Source of the DNA: Phoronis australis
Taxonomy: Eukaryota; Animalia; Phoronida
Direction of reading: 5' to 3'
Assembly: GCA_002633005.1 (NCBI GenBank)
Contig: NMRA01000434.1
Coordinates: 133,884 to 197,883, forward strand
Length of the DNA: 64,000 bases
Shown here: piece by piece, positions 14,929 through 28,351 of the stretch
Layout: each line of letters opens with the position of its first letter
Numbering within the stretch: position 1 is the stretch's first letter
Program-made: the position numbers and the translations under genes
Notes under the pieces: generated by a model
The model's database searches: none
Told to the model about the DNA's origin: nothing
What the model saw: only the letters and a program-made list of their open reading frames with translations

Positions 14929-15343
14929 GCATGGAACAGTTCCAAACAGCGATTCAACTAAGGTCTCTAAATCTTTTGTATAATTGTGTTGTTCTTTACT
15001 CAAACACGTACTTGTTTTCTGTCTGTGAGCTTTTCTTTGACTTAAGACGTTTTCTAATAATATTATAACTAAAATCTGAGCAATTAATTCATTGAAAATA
15101 AATAATAGACTTATTCCTTAAATTAGGGTCGTTACATGAAAAGATCCCTACTTATTTTCAATTATATTGCGAATTCAATGTAGAAATCACTCTCGCTTTG
15201 TATCAAAACCAAAAATTGACTTAGTAATGAAACTAAAACAGCATGAGAAAGGACGTTTAGTGTTTTCACAAGTTCACAAGGACGGACGCATTAGATTTAG
15301 GGACCTTTAGTTAGGCGAGTCCCTATTTGGGACTGTTTCATGT
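14929..15343. mobile_element. MITE with degenerate ~45-bp TIRs
   Basis: catggaacagttccaaacag..actaaggtctctaaatct is mirrored by agatttagggaccttagt..ctatttgggactgtttcatg. Confidence 0.6.
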
Positions 15344-15952
15344 AAGCAGGCACAGGGCACCGATAATAGACGTAGATTAAATATTAAACTCGTTTCTCTC
15401 GCGCGACCTACCTTAGAACAGATAAATTTTCTTTGTTATCTGACAAAAGATTTTTCCATTCAAAAAACGAAACATTTAAAAAAAATGAACGCGCCTCAGC
15501 TCAGTGGATGAGTTGAAGGTAGGGTTGATATTTCTCTTAACATACATACCAACCTATCGCCAGTAGATAGCGATAACTTTAGAGTGAAAACATTCTGAAA
15601 ACCAGAAAGCCTAGCAATTTCACAGTTACCTATGGCAATAGTCAAAAATAACGCCGGTGCCCGCAATTTGAGAACCAGTTTTCTTGTCCAAATGACACTA
15701 GCCACGCTTGCTTAGGTCAAGTCTCAACTTGATTGGTCAGGTGACCTATAATTTATGTATTTATGACAAAAAATGAAAGGGTGATAATTGCAATTTTGGC
15801 AATGTCTTGATATCCATGGCAACCCATTACTCACAGCATACTGTTTTCATACATATTGTTTAGTCATTTTTAATTTGTACAATCAAAATAGTTCGGTAGC
15901 AGCCCTTCGTTTATACAAACGTCGTTTAAAATATGACTAGAATTTTTGTTTG

Positions 15953-16105
15953 CAAGCTTGATACTGGTACGCTCGTAATTTCGGAACAGTCTCCTTTCTT
16001 CGGGCGTACAGGTATGAAGTAAAACACCGAGAGACATAACAAACAATTTAAAACACTAGCTATTTTTCGAAATACGAAATTACGAGCGTACCAGTATCAA
16101 GCTTG
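15953..16105. mobile_element. 153-bp MITE/hairpin with perfect 31-bp inverted repeats
   Basis: CAAGCTTGATACTGGTACGCTCGTAATTTCG (15953-15983) is the exact reverse complement of 16075-16105. Confidence 0.85.
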
Positions 16106-17146
16106 GAAATAAAGTCTCAGTGGTCGTGTTTTTAACGCAGTTATCCATTCAACAGTAAATCGGCTGAGCATTCCCATTAAAAACCCACCGCCTGTAAGAT
16201 TCAGCGCCTACAGGCCATGTATTTCTTAAAATAATGCCAAACCCGGTTTTGGCATAATAACAGATAATAGAACGACTTTCCCGTCCAATTCTCTGAAAAG
16301 AAATGATGCTATGTAATGACCCTCGACCGTGACAAGCTTCAAACGGAGGAAAATTTTCTTTCAAAGTCTGCTCAAGGACCATAATGTCCCATTTGTCGGA
16401 AATGGGGAGTATGAGTTTTTATTTGATTCCTGCTTTTGTCTTTTATTGTTCATGACGCCAATGATACAGAACAATTGGTTGAAATCATCAAAAATGGTTC
16501 AGCAGTCCTTTTTTAAAAATTATTGCCTGCTGGACCCAATATAGCCATCTCAAAAAACGTCAGGGAAACAAAACTATTTTAAGTGCTATGGTGAGCGCCG
16601 GTAAAACTTACAGACAATCCTTAAAAAGTCACGTCTGACGCACTAATCCACACAGCTAGTATCCACGTTTCATTTCTTAAAATGAAGGAAATATTGTTGG
16701 GGATTCTTTGGGCTGAAAATGAAATCCATAATTTTGTCATTATGGCACTTCGTTGTCAGTGCTTCTGTAACGTTCCCCCGTGTTTTCTTCCACTGGATAC
16801 TACGTTGCTCGAATTTTTCTTGTTTTATCAAAAAATTTCCACAATTTTTACCAGAGTCTGTTAATGAGCAATTTAAATTTGCTTTTAGGTTTCGTGTTTT
16901 ACCCCTAGAAAAAGAAAAACTTGGTCTCAATGTTCATCCATTTGTTAAACATAGATCACCTGAGCAACATAGTTCCGGTTCGCGATGGTCAGGGCATCAA
17001 AGGGACTCGATTATTATTGTACAAAGCGGTAGAGTTGTATACTACCAGTTGAACGTTAGTGGCAGACATTCCGCACATATTTGTACTTTTAACACACCAG
17101 TTCATTCTTCAGTAGCTGCAGTGACCATCACTGGACGGGCTAAACT

Positions 17147-17242
17147 CAGTCCATGCGTCATGACTAGCCACCACGCGCCAGTCCATGCGTCATGACTAGC
17201 CACCACGCACCAGTCCATGCGTCACGACTAGCCACCACGCGC
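17147..17242. repeat. Minisatellite, 32 bp x3
   Basis: cagtccatgcgtca(t/c)gactagccaccacgc(g/a)c repeated three times. Confidence 0.9.
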
Positions 17243-18473
17243 ATCAGCAGAAATTATGGATACCGTTCCATCTAAAATGTTACATCCGGATTCCTGAATG
17301 TTGGTAAATAGTCAATAGAAAAACACCTGAAGATTTTACGTTCATCTTCTGGTTATTCCATGGCACAAATGGTGACCAGAAGAACATCAGGAAAACGACA
17401 AGAACAAATCTTAAATGATGAAATACCCTGGCATATGTACAAGCTTAATTTGGAATTCTAAATGTTATTCTATGTGCACTTAATGAGACTCGACTTCAAA
17501 ATTTTTATGTAATGAAGAAGCAGACAGAAATTTTGTTGGTGCACATTTTATTGTTCTTGTTAACTTAAATATATATATATTCATATTTGTATATACATGT
17601 ATATCACTGTAAAATAAAAATCTCTAAGGATTTTGACTATTAATGCTGACTTAACATTTAATTTTTGAAACAAAACGAAAACGATGCTCTGCAGACCCTT
17701 GCCATTCATTAAAAGATTGATTGAACTTCGCCAACACCTTACAAAACATGCTAAACTGGAAAGCTTGGCTAATGCTTCAGGCTAGCTCGTTGAGAACTCG
17801 TGACAGGTCACCTATCTAGAAGCACCAAGTCCATTTTGGACAAAGTGAGGAGTTTTTGCTGAGCAATGTTTTCACCTTTCCAAGGAAAGCCTAGCTAGAC
17901 AATAGCTGTTGGTGGAAGCAATTTTGTGTAAAAACACCAAAACATGATTTAGCATCCTTTCAACTTATAAGAATATTCCATACATTGTGGTATTGGTTGC
18001 ACCTGCATAGATGTGCAATGGAATAGACAACACTTAATATACCCCTTACATGTGTTACATGCAATATGTAAGAGCATACAGCCACACCACGAAATGATAA
18101 TTTCCATCAATTTAATACCAAATACAGAGTTCGCAATGAGACCTAAACGGCCGTGCAGCACCATCTTTGAAAACCACAACTGTGGTTATGTTGAGGGTTA
18201 GAGCCCTGTTTTTTTGTAATAAGTGCTAGAGCTCTTTATTACAAATGAAAACCATGGACCAAAATATATTTTTTCAACCAGAAGATTCACCGACGCTACT
18301 TTGACATATTCCAGTTTTTGGTTTGACCAAACTAGCTCTGCATGAGATTTCGAACAAAACAGGTCACCTCTAACCAACTACCAACTCTGAACTCTAATTT
18401 AATTACTTGTAATTCAGTTTCACAGGTGAAATAGAGGAGGATAGCTCCCTTATCATGATAAATTGTCCCAACT

Positions 18474-21400
18474 TCATGTGTTGCTACTTGGACTTTGGCA
18501 ATTAGCCACTACAGGCCGTGCCCTGGCTTTGGCAAGTTCTTTGGCTTTACGAGCTGTGTCTTTGATTTTCTCAGTGTTCAGCATCTGGTGTTCTGGTACA
18601 CTTTCCGGCATAAACATTTTTTGTAGAACATATTCAAATCCTTTATTAGTTTTCCCCACGTTTTTCTTGTAACGTTCAATCCCAAAGGCTTCTATGGCAC
18701 GTACAAATCCGTAAAGGTCAGAGGTGATCCATGCTTGACGCTCAATTAATGTAGACTTTTTATCTTCTGGGTTCTTCTTGTAAACACATCTTTCTTCAAC
18801 AACCTGAAACACATAACATACAAATACTTCAAACGAGTGTAACAGTCTTTTGGAAGAATAACAAAGCACATGACTATGTCAGACCTGTGTATCACCAAAA
18901 CTGCATTGGAGTACCATGAACACCAGATTTGAAGATTTTTCAGTAAATTTGCAGATATTCGCATACAGACCAAATTTTATTTTTCGCAGTGGACCTTTCA
19001 CTAACTAAAAAAAAAACATTCAGAGCTTTCGCTGAATTCTTGCCTCTTTAGTGGACTTTTGTCTCGTTTTCTCGGACTTTTGGTTACTCTCAGAACCTTT
19101 TTGCCCACTTTGCCAAATGGAGGACTCATTCAAGTACCCCCGGCTATGTGCATGGGTACTTTTCCTACTTACTTGCCTCTGAAACAGTTTCTAAAATACA
19201 CATAGCGAATTGATCACCAATTTTCAGAATACTTTAAGTTGTTTAGTTGAAGGACAACGCGCTTAGTGAAAAGATCTTGTTAATCAATAGAAAATGTCCT
19301 CACTGAACTAAGTTACGTTAATACATGCCTAATGCACACCTCATTTCTTAACACAAAACATATGTGCAAAAATGTGTTGATGAATCTGCCCTGGACAATG
19401 TTTTGCACCAGACGCTATTTTCTTAACTATTCACAAATCTTTTGAATAATTATTCATTGCAAGTGACTGTGAACACGTACCACCGTACTGCACACGAAAA
19501 GACCTCGAGGCTCAATTGTGGCTCGAGTATTATCGTCAGCTCAACATGCTACGAAGACAGTGCAGTCACCATGTCCGCAAAAAAACAACACGCTATACAA
19601 CTTGCAGTATAAATTCCATGATTCCTTGAATAAGACATTGTCATTCTTTGGAATAACGTTGCAAAAACAGTTGTTCCCTTCTTTCAAAAGCTACTTTCTT
19701 CACAGCTCAGAATATGCGACAACTCATGCTTTGCCATTTTGTCAACAGTACGTATTTAGCCGTAAATAGCCGGAATTAAACAAAGTAAGCAATCCACAAA
19801 TCACAGAAGACATTGCTTATAGGTTAGGCTTGTGACACACATACCGATAGAAGAGGCCTTGCGATTCGCCGATTATCAGTCTATTTTGAGAATGAAACGA
19901 AGCAAGTTTTCCGAGTTTGTAGCTCAACTTTTTGGCTAAAATAATGATTTTACTATATTTTTTAATTTCTAACTTCAAAATCTTCTTCCTCGTCCGTTTC
20001 GACTACAAATCGGTGTATTTATTGAGAAACAAGTGAATTAATAATCTCTTGAATTTGCTGAATTTGCGTATTTTTGCCTGACTGAGCGTACTTGCGTACT
20101 GGAGGCTAGATTTCCATACGAATCCACATTTTTTGCAGATGGGTACTCAGGTCTATGTTTCTTTAAGGTTATGGAGGACCCTAGAAAAATTCAAACTTTG
20201 GCTAACTTCAGTACATTGTATCTCGGTAATGGCCAATCAGATTCGCCTGAAACTTTCATATGCTATGCTTCGTACACTGTTCTTCAACACGATGTTGGGA
20301 ATTGTTTTTAAAATGTTCCACTTTTTATGACAGATTATCAAAAACAAGACTTGCGTGATTTTTATGAAAAAAGTTGCATAAAACGAAAATGAAACTATAA
20401 TTTTAAAAACTGTAACTGTGTTTTTGAGATTTCATTTTGAATATTTATATTATGCGAAATTTGGTCAAGTAATTGATCCTGTTGTTTTGCTATGAAAGTA
20501 CCTTTTTTAACTAAATTTTCCTAAAAAGCCAGCTCATGTGATTTAGTTCATGTCATATTGGTATAAAGTCAAAAAAATCTACTTCTACAGAATTTCTACT
20601 TTCTTTTGCAGAGTGAAATTGAATAGTTTTGTAGATATTTGACTAAATGTACCCATCAATAAGGTACTACATTACTAAGACTCATAAATCTATGAGCACA
20701 GCGAAGACATTTTTATGTGACAAAATCTTTGCAACAGCAATTTAAGAGCTTAATAGTTGCATTCTATCCTTTTGTAAAAATGAGTCACTTGCAGTAATGC
20801 TGGTTTTTGGCAACCTTCCCCACTCACTACATCTGGAGGTAGAGTTTACATGGATTGCTACTGATTCATTTTTAGGCCCAATGATATGTTTAATAAATAT
20901 CAGCAACAACAAAACAACACATATTTTACACAAAATAAACCCTGATCTTTTACCTGGGGCTGGAAGGCTAACAGAGGTTCAAGGTACTCAACAGCTACAA
21001 GCCTGAAACAAGCACTTACCATCATTTTCTCAAAACCAACATTCCTGGAATATGTGGTGATTGTTTTCTCCCTGGCATCCACCATTGACTCCTCAATAAT
21101 ACAGACATTGCGGTGGTGGCCGACAAACAGCTCTCCCCACTTTGGGATTGGATTAGTCTTCATTATCAATCTTTTTGTCAAGATTTGATGACCCTTGACC
21201 TGCCTGTCCACGACATCTTCAGACAACACATGTTTGCTACAAACAGAAACAAATACAACATATGAAATTTGTTGAATACAAAAAGCTAACAGATAACAGC
21301 CTATGTTATATTCATCTACCATGAGGTTTAAGCTATTAAACTCACAATGCCATTACGAACCGCGTAACCTAACAAGTAGTGCTGGGCATTGCAATTTCTT

Positions 21401-22659
21401 CAGAATCACTTAGTTTGAAAACCTTACTGATTCGAGGCTGGATTCTAAATAGGAAGACATTTGTCAAACTTTACAATAAACCTTCAAGCACTAGGGTGGA
21501 TAGAGGCGAATGCTAAGAGTAGACTCAAAAGTAATAAAAATGGCCACCAAAACCATAAATATGTTGAATCAATCGTCTCCTTAATAATGGAAACTAATTC
21601 GCCAAACTTTATATAGAAATCCATTGAAGAACTTGGAGCATATAGAGGCGACCTGGTAAAAATCCCGCGACACCACACACACGTCTGAGAATGCAATAAA
21701 AACAATATTCAAGGAAGTCAACAGACAAAATCGAAATTGTTCGGCAAAGACCGAAACGACTCATGCACAAGCTATTGCCCTAGACAGGTGGTGGGTCTGT
21801 GAGGAATATTGGGTCCGAAGACTGATAATTTGGTATCGCAATTTTTATTTTTCCGTTACTGACAACCATGGGCACCCTTCCCTCGCATACAAGGATTCCT
21901 TGATTTGCCAACCCCATCTGGCGAGCCTCGAGCCACGTATGGAATTGTAATTTCTTCCCGAGAATTGCAGGTTCTAGACAGAATTCACATGTTTCAGGAA
22001 TAGAAGACACCAGAACTTTAATGTTTTTGGGTTTTTAATTATTAAAAATCAAAAATATGTTACCCAAGACCAATTTTGGACCACAACTTTCATCAACGAT
22101 CACTTCGAAGCAGACATAATCAAGTACTTGTACATTCTTTTCTGAATAGGGCGCTGTTCTTTTACCAATATCTGCTAGTTGAGAAAATGGGTGTGTTATT
22201 GAGAAAAAGGAGCCGTAACACAAGTTCAGATATTTTTATGCCGATGACTTCTTTATTATTTTAAAATTGTAAAGAAGAAATTGGCTAATTAAGAAATAAA
22301 AAGTGTCATATAGATTAATCTCCAAAACACATTTCTTGGTTTTTGAAAACAAAAAATCGGGTCTCTGTGTACAGTGCATCAGAGGCTGAGACAACTGAGT
22401 TCAAGACAACCAAAGTTATGCAAGACGCACCTCTATGAGTAACCTATCACACGGCACGCTTAAATGAAACTTCAAATTTCAAACCAAGTGATTGGTCAGT
22501 TTTTGATTCAGGTCTCAAATGAAAGTCTGGTCTTTAACCATCCAGCCATACCACTTGCAGGAATGGTTACCTGTAGGGGTTAGGATATCGGTTCCAAAAG
22601 CTGGCAGCGACTTGATCCCAAGAAAACTTGAGGATGGACAGTGCACTGTGGTACTTCAT
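18474..22659 (-). CDS. PRELID1: PRELI domain-containing protein 1 (mitochondrial intermembrane phospholipid transfer, Ups1-like), 211 aa
   Basis: Coding exons 22659-22571 (MKYHSALSILKFSWDQVAASFWNRYPNPYS), 21236-21020 (KHVLSEDVVDR...RNVGFEKMM) and 18803-18474 (VVEERCVY...TNKGFEYVL...KAKELA, stop). All introns are GT-AG with consistent phases, 636 nt in total. Matches recalled PRELID1 motifs SWDQV-FW-RYPNPYSKHVL-ED, MVVEERCVY and KGFEY. Confidence 0.95.
20190..20655 (+). mobile_element. Dispersed repeat family copy 3, in a PRELID1 intron
   Basis: Similar to 8390-8800 and 2175-2480. Confidence 0.65.
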
Positions 22660-23529
22660 GGCACACCAAACAGCACCTGCAAACAGTTCATGAAGATGGT
22701 TAAACATACTAGTAGTGGCTTAAATATAGCGGTGGGTGCAAAGATCATATGGTAACTGCTTTGATGTGGGATAATATTAGAAATGCATATCGTTAGTACA
22801 AGTACAAGGGTTAGGGTCAGGTTTAACAAGTCTCAAGGGCGCATCCATGATTTCAGCAACATGGGGGCTTTAATGCAAAAGCGGAGCTGTTTTGTTGTGG
22901 AGCGGGCAACTGACTAATGTTAACCTGTTTATTTGAGCAATGTTAAATAAAGATTCTTGATTCCACTCTAGCCAGCTACTTACTAGCTTTTTGAAGACTA
23001 TAGTCACAATACAGCTAGGTACCATTGTGTGTTGAGCTCCATTAGACCCCGAAATTTCACCTTGTCGTGAAACTTGCATCGAAATGTAGAGCTAATGACC
23101 AACAGGGGTGCATGTAAAAGCTGAGAGTCAACCGGCACTCACCTTGCACGTTACAGCCGTTTAAGAAAAAAACAATCTAAATAATTCTTCGCCTTTTACA
23201 ACAAAGAAAAGTATGTCGTGGTTTTGAAAACAGTACGCAAGTGACACGTGCCATTTCCTAAATTCTTTGGGACATCTCTTGGGAGATGACGAGCAGCTTC
23301 GCAGCAGCAAAACTTGTTCTGAAATTCCTCGTTTGCTGTTATTGCAATACTAAAATCTTGTAACTCAATGAAAGCAATTCCGATAATTGGCTGTGGCATG
23401 CATGCAACCTCATTAAAGAAGAACAGATTGAAGAATCAGCGAAAATGGTGACGCAATATTTCATGGTGCCGAAAGCCGACGCAAAAGATCGCTCCACAAC
23501 TTTAGAAGCAGGATAACGCCGTTCGGTAG

Positions 23530-24217
23530 CACAGGAGTCCTCAGCTTCTGATCGTCCCCAATACACTACATATAATACTACAAGGTATGACACTTCCGAC
23601 CAGAAATTCCACGGGTGCTTCACTTCAGCCGTCCATAGCAAACATAAAACTCAATAAATTTACACAAAACAGAGGTTCAACAAACCATGAAGAATTGTTC
23701 TTTCTCCCAATACCATTCACGGTGTCCTGTTCCGGCGACTTCGTAAGAAATTCGCAGTCAAAGAACAAAAATGTTCACAAAAAACCCCCGCGCACGTCCA
23801 TCGGTTGCCGCTCGAGGTCAAGGACGGTACGGAAATTGCCGGTGAGTTACGGAAGTACCGACATCGTGACTTTACGCGACCGATGTCGGTACTTCCGTAA
23901 CTCACCGGCAATTTCCGTACCGTCCTTGACCTCGAGCGGCAACCGATGGACGTGCGCAGGGGTTTTTTGTGAACATTTTTGTTCTTTGACTGCGAATTTC
24001 TTACCAAGTCTCCGGAACAGGACACCGTGAATGGTATTGGGAGAAAGAACAATTCTTCATGGTTTGTTGAACCTCTGTTTTGTGTAAATTTATTGAGTTT
24101 TATGTTTGCTATGGACGGCTGAAGTGAAGCACCCGTGGAATTTCTGGTCGGAAGTGTCATACCTTGTAGTATTATATGCAGTGTATTGGGGACGATCAGA
24201 AGCTGAGGACGCCTGTG
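23530..24217. mobile_element. 688-bp near-perfect palindromic (foldback) non-autonomous DNA transposon with 8-bp TSD
   Basis: Arms 23530-23866 and 23881-24217 are reverse complements (about 5 mismatches by eye) with a 14-nt spacer. Termini are CACAGG...CCTGTG. TTCGGTAG is directly repeated at 23522-23529 and 24218-24225. Confidence 0.93.
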
Positions 24218-24566
24218 TTCGGTAGAACGCCAATTTTTCCAACACTGGTCAATAATTTAGTTTACTCAAGGAAGAGTGCAACTTTTAATGACACTAATTT
24301 TGTGTCAAAGTATATTAGGCCAGTTTTACCCACATCGGCGCAAAGCTGTATATTTAGCATACAGCTTTGCACCAAGGCTAAGTTCTAAGTATCTAACCTT
24401 GCTGCCGGTGACAGCGGAAAGGTCGAACACAGCACGTGCAACAAATAACTTGGAATTTTTTAGCAACTGGGGGAATTAAAAAACATCGTTTTAGATTCGA
24501 TCTCTAGAAAATTACTTAAAAAGTGTATTACCTAATCAATCAAGCGCCAATACAAACAGCACTTAC

Positions 24567-25006
24567 CGACGAAGTATATTTAGCACAGACAATCGACAAA
24601 CTATGATCACCAAGGGCACGCCATTTTCTCTTATAGTTAGGTCATGACGAGCAAATGTGTACATTTTAAGCAGCTTAATTTTTAAGAGTATTTAGTAATT
24701 TTTACACAAGAAAACAACGAAAAAATGTTTTAAAATATTTTTAAATTACATTTATATGCGTAAATTTACAAACAATTACATAAACACAAGTTGGTGATTA
24801 AGCAAAATGTAAAAAGCAGACGATATTTTCTTTTGTTATACTGGACTAGACTGCTACAGCCTACAGTAGTGGTACTCGGAACGGCGCAGTGACATGCCTG
24901 GTCTGTTTTGTCATAAACACTCTAACATGATTAACTGTCTAAACTGTCTCCTCGGTGTCATAATTAAGAACCGTTTTGACAATTCTAGTCACTGCAAGTA
25001 ATCTAG
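24567..25006. promoter_or_regulatory. Putative bidirectional promoter and non-coding first exons of PRELID1 (-) and POLN (+)
   Basis: Minus-strand donor GTCG|gtaagt at 24567/24566. YY1-like AAAATGGCG at ~24619-24627 (minus). Plus-strand donor CTAG|gtatgc at 25006/25007. Both ATG-bearing exons are preceded by acceptors, so upstream exons are needed. Confidence 0.5.
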
Positions 25007-25247
25007 GTATGCTCAATTTTGGAGCCCATTCATTGTGTCGATGGCGATGACGGCGGGTAGGCTGCCGGTTGAGTTTCCCCAAGGCTGATCATGTTTTCAC
25101 GAAGTCCAACCTAGGATCAGTATTTTTACTGTTAGTTAGCCCTGGATACAAATAAAGTATAAGTGTTTAAATTAGTTTATTTAAAGCCTTAATAGCGCAT
25201 TGTAACTGAAAACCAGCTGGTTTACTTTGCCTAAGAGTTTTATCATA

Positions 25248-25627
25248 CCTGGGCCCGGTCTCTAATCGTTGTACTCGAAACGAACTCGAAACTATTTTTG
25301 GCAATTTCTCTGCTCCTTTTGTGCAAACTTCAGATAATTGGTTATCAGACTGTGCTCGAATACATTATAATTTATGCATAGGAGTTTCTAGTTCAAGTTT
25401 GCCCTTGAAGACCATTCGTGCTACAAACTCGAGTACTAAAACTCGAAATTTCGAGTTCAAATTCGAACTTATTGCTTTAATATTGGGGTTACAAACTGTG
25501 AACTAAGGGCAATAAATTATGTACGTAAGTTATTGTGTACTCGAGCATAGAATAATAGACACTTATCTTGAGTTCGTCCAAAAGTAGAGTTCCATTTCGA
25601 GTAAAAAGATTGGAGACCGGGCCCAGG
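25248..25627. mobile_element. MITE with CCTGGGCCCGGTCTC TIRs (copy 1)
   Basis: cctgggcccggtctctaatc..tactcgaaa at the left end and tttcgagta..gattggagaccgggcccagg at the right end. Confidence 0.85.
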
Positions 25628-27443
25628 CCGGGCGCTATGATTACGGCGCACTAACTACGCATGCTCACCTCGAAACTGGACTCGCGTATCTAGTCCGTTG
25701 TTAGTTTGCCGCGGTTTTTCTGTGTGACGACTCGCAAGCTAATTAGCCTACCTACCACCATTCCAAAGACTGTAACTAAAATCAAACCTCGGAACGGGGA
25801 CTTTTATCAGCCGAAACCCATGGCATCTATTTTGACTAATTTTTATGATACCAGGTACTTTTGCATTACTAAAAACTTCCGAAAAATCACCAATTTTAGT
25901 CCCCGACTCATTTTAGCGAGTGTTTGTAATTTTGTTCCCGTAAAATCATAGAGTGATAATTGCTCTGTTCCACACAAAAGGACCTAGTGGGCGCCGGCTT
26001 CTTGACAGGAGCGGCTCGTGTCGTGTAGCCTACTAGTCAATTTACGAAGTAGGCTACGTAGATGGTGCAGTGAAACGAGCTGAGTTTTTAACGAAATTTC
26101 ACTGCTCACTTTGAAAGCGTGAAAAATCGAACATAATCTCTATTTTGGCATGAGAAACTAGTAAACAGTGCTTTGAATTCCAATGGGCTCGGTTGAGGGA
26201 AATGAGTCTCTGATCAGAAACCGTACGCCGCGTAGCGACGCCGCGTAGCGTGTCTATTCGTCTCTGCCCTGAGCCAGGACGAGACGGGTGTTTCAGTGGA
26301 AGTAGAAGTATATGGTTATTCAGACATTGTAAAATAATTACCTCCCAACCTACTCAAAACCCTTGGATTTGTACTTTAAAACCTAAACATGTAATACAAT
26401 GGGACACCCTGTTCTCAAAAATGGTTTACTTTAAAAAAATTAAGCTAGTGGTAAGAAAAATTTCTGTGGAAGTTTGTGTTGTAAGAAATGGAGCCCACGC
26501 GAAAGAACCCTTTGAAACTCCCAATGAAGTGAACTCTTTTTATTGAGTATAAGTCTTTGTTTCACAGTGAGGTCAACTCCGAAACAGTCTGGCACACCTA
26601 TAATTCAATTTCTTAGACTTGTCCAGGTTCAAATTGCAAAAACTGGCAACCAGTGAAAATGACGGTTCGTGCTTTCGTGGACGCTATTTTTTAACTAAAG
26701 CGAGCATACGATTGTCTTTCAACAGTGAACTTTTCTCTGTAGGTGCACCTCACTCATTTTAGGCGGCGCGTGCTCTGTTGAATGTACAACTCTTCTTTTG
26801 GAAGTACACCTCCGGATCTGATTTACACCTGTGGCAGCAGCAACTCTGTCTATGATCCAAGTTACAACTTTTTCGAAGATTGAGGCTAAGTTCAGCAAAA
26901 ACTCCAGTTTTGCTTTTTGGTCAGTGAAACACTTACTTGTGGCAAAAGTTTTCCTCAAGTTAAAACTTTTTAATTAATCGGACGCTTGGGCATTTCAATG
27001 TTGTCTCATTTTTAAAATAAGCACTCATTCAACCATTTGGAAAACTCTTCGTACAGGAAGCCATTTGGATGGGTCAAGCTCATCAGTCATACTGGTTATG
27101 TATGACACATCTTTGTTCATTTTGGCAGTTGCACAATTATTCTCTCTTAGCTGTTTGTCTTTGTTGTTTGAATTAATGGTGTTGATGAGGCTTTTTATGT
27201 TTCCCGTTTGCCAGGTCAATGAAATGAGCAATCCAGAAATTGTACACTCTCCCAGGTATCAAAAACTGTCATTGAATGCTCGAAAAGTTTATGTGACACT
27301 TCTTCAAAAGTACCAGGTTGGAGTAACCTCTGGTGAATGTAAAGGTACGTCAATAAAACTCTGCCAGATGAATGTTCAATTAATGAATTTGGTGCATTTT
27401 GTGGACGAAGACAAAATACACGGTAGCAGGACATAAAAAGACT

Positions 27444-27846
27444 CCAAGGCCCGGGTCTAATTTGCTCGAAATCAAACTCTAAATTATTTTTGGCACTTTC
27501 TGCCCAACTTTTGTGCGAACTCAAGATGAGTGTCTAATATTCTATGCTCGATTACATAATGGCTTTGGGAGATAATTGTCTAATCCTAGTTTGCTCTCAA
27601 CGACCCCATCATTGATGCGAAAAGTATGAACTCGAAATTTCGAGTTTTTTAATCAAAATATGTTTTACTCGAGTGTTTAGCTTGAATTTGCAGCCATAAA
27701 ATGCGAACTTGGACTGGAAACACACTTGCATGAATTATAATGTACCCGAGCACTGAACAATATATACTTAGCTTGAGTTCTCACAAAAGTAGAAAGGAAA
27801 TGCCAAAAATAATTTCGAGCCAGTATAAAGATTACAGCCCGGTCTC
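27444..27846. mobile_element. Diverged second copy of the same MITE family
   Basis: Shares tttttggca.tt..ttttgtgc.aact, the central aactcgaaatttcgagtt and degenerate ggcccgg termini with 25248-25627. Confidence 0.7.
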
Positions 27847-28351
27847 AAAACTAAAATTGATCGAATCATCCAAATGCGGCAAGTCCAAAATCTGACGACC
27901 TATGTGCCATACGTCACGGTGTATCTTTCATGTATTAATGGGGATCGATTTGCGACCTCAGATTTTGTTTAGGGACCTGGTAAAAATTACAAGTGGTCAC
28001 GAAATATAGGGAGTTTTTGGGTGTCGCCGCGACGGACACTTAGCATACTTCAAGATGTCCCGCTTTTTCCATTCAGATGAACCTTTTCATTTTCAAATGT
28101 TGGTAACTGTTTTTCGTTTTTGAAGGCAAGGACTTTAGCACCGAAACATGTACTTGGGTAATCCTTGTTTTGGTAGCCTCATTTTCTGTTTGGTCACCTG
28201 AGAATTTTGCCAGGTCGAATATGCGGAGTTTATGCGATACGAAGCATCGGCCTTGTATTGTACAACTTGTATGATGAAAACAATTGTCAAATGAAGATAA
28301 ATGCGAAATGTTACCGAAACAAACTACATTTTTCACGTTTTAGATGAACCT

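Noticed and set aside
17147-17242. CRISPR-like array (32-bp repeats), also the 18-mers at 7270-7365 and 8229-8300
   Set aside because: The repeats are contiguous with no unique spacers, there are no cas genes, and the context is eukaryotic.
23587-24160. Two nearly identical 147-aa ORFs on opposite strands
   Set aside because: Mirror-image artefact of the palindrome. There is no domain similarity and they lie in an intron.
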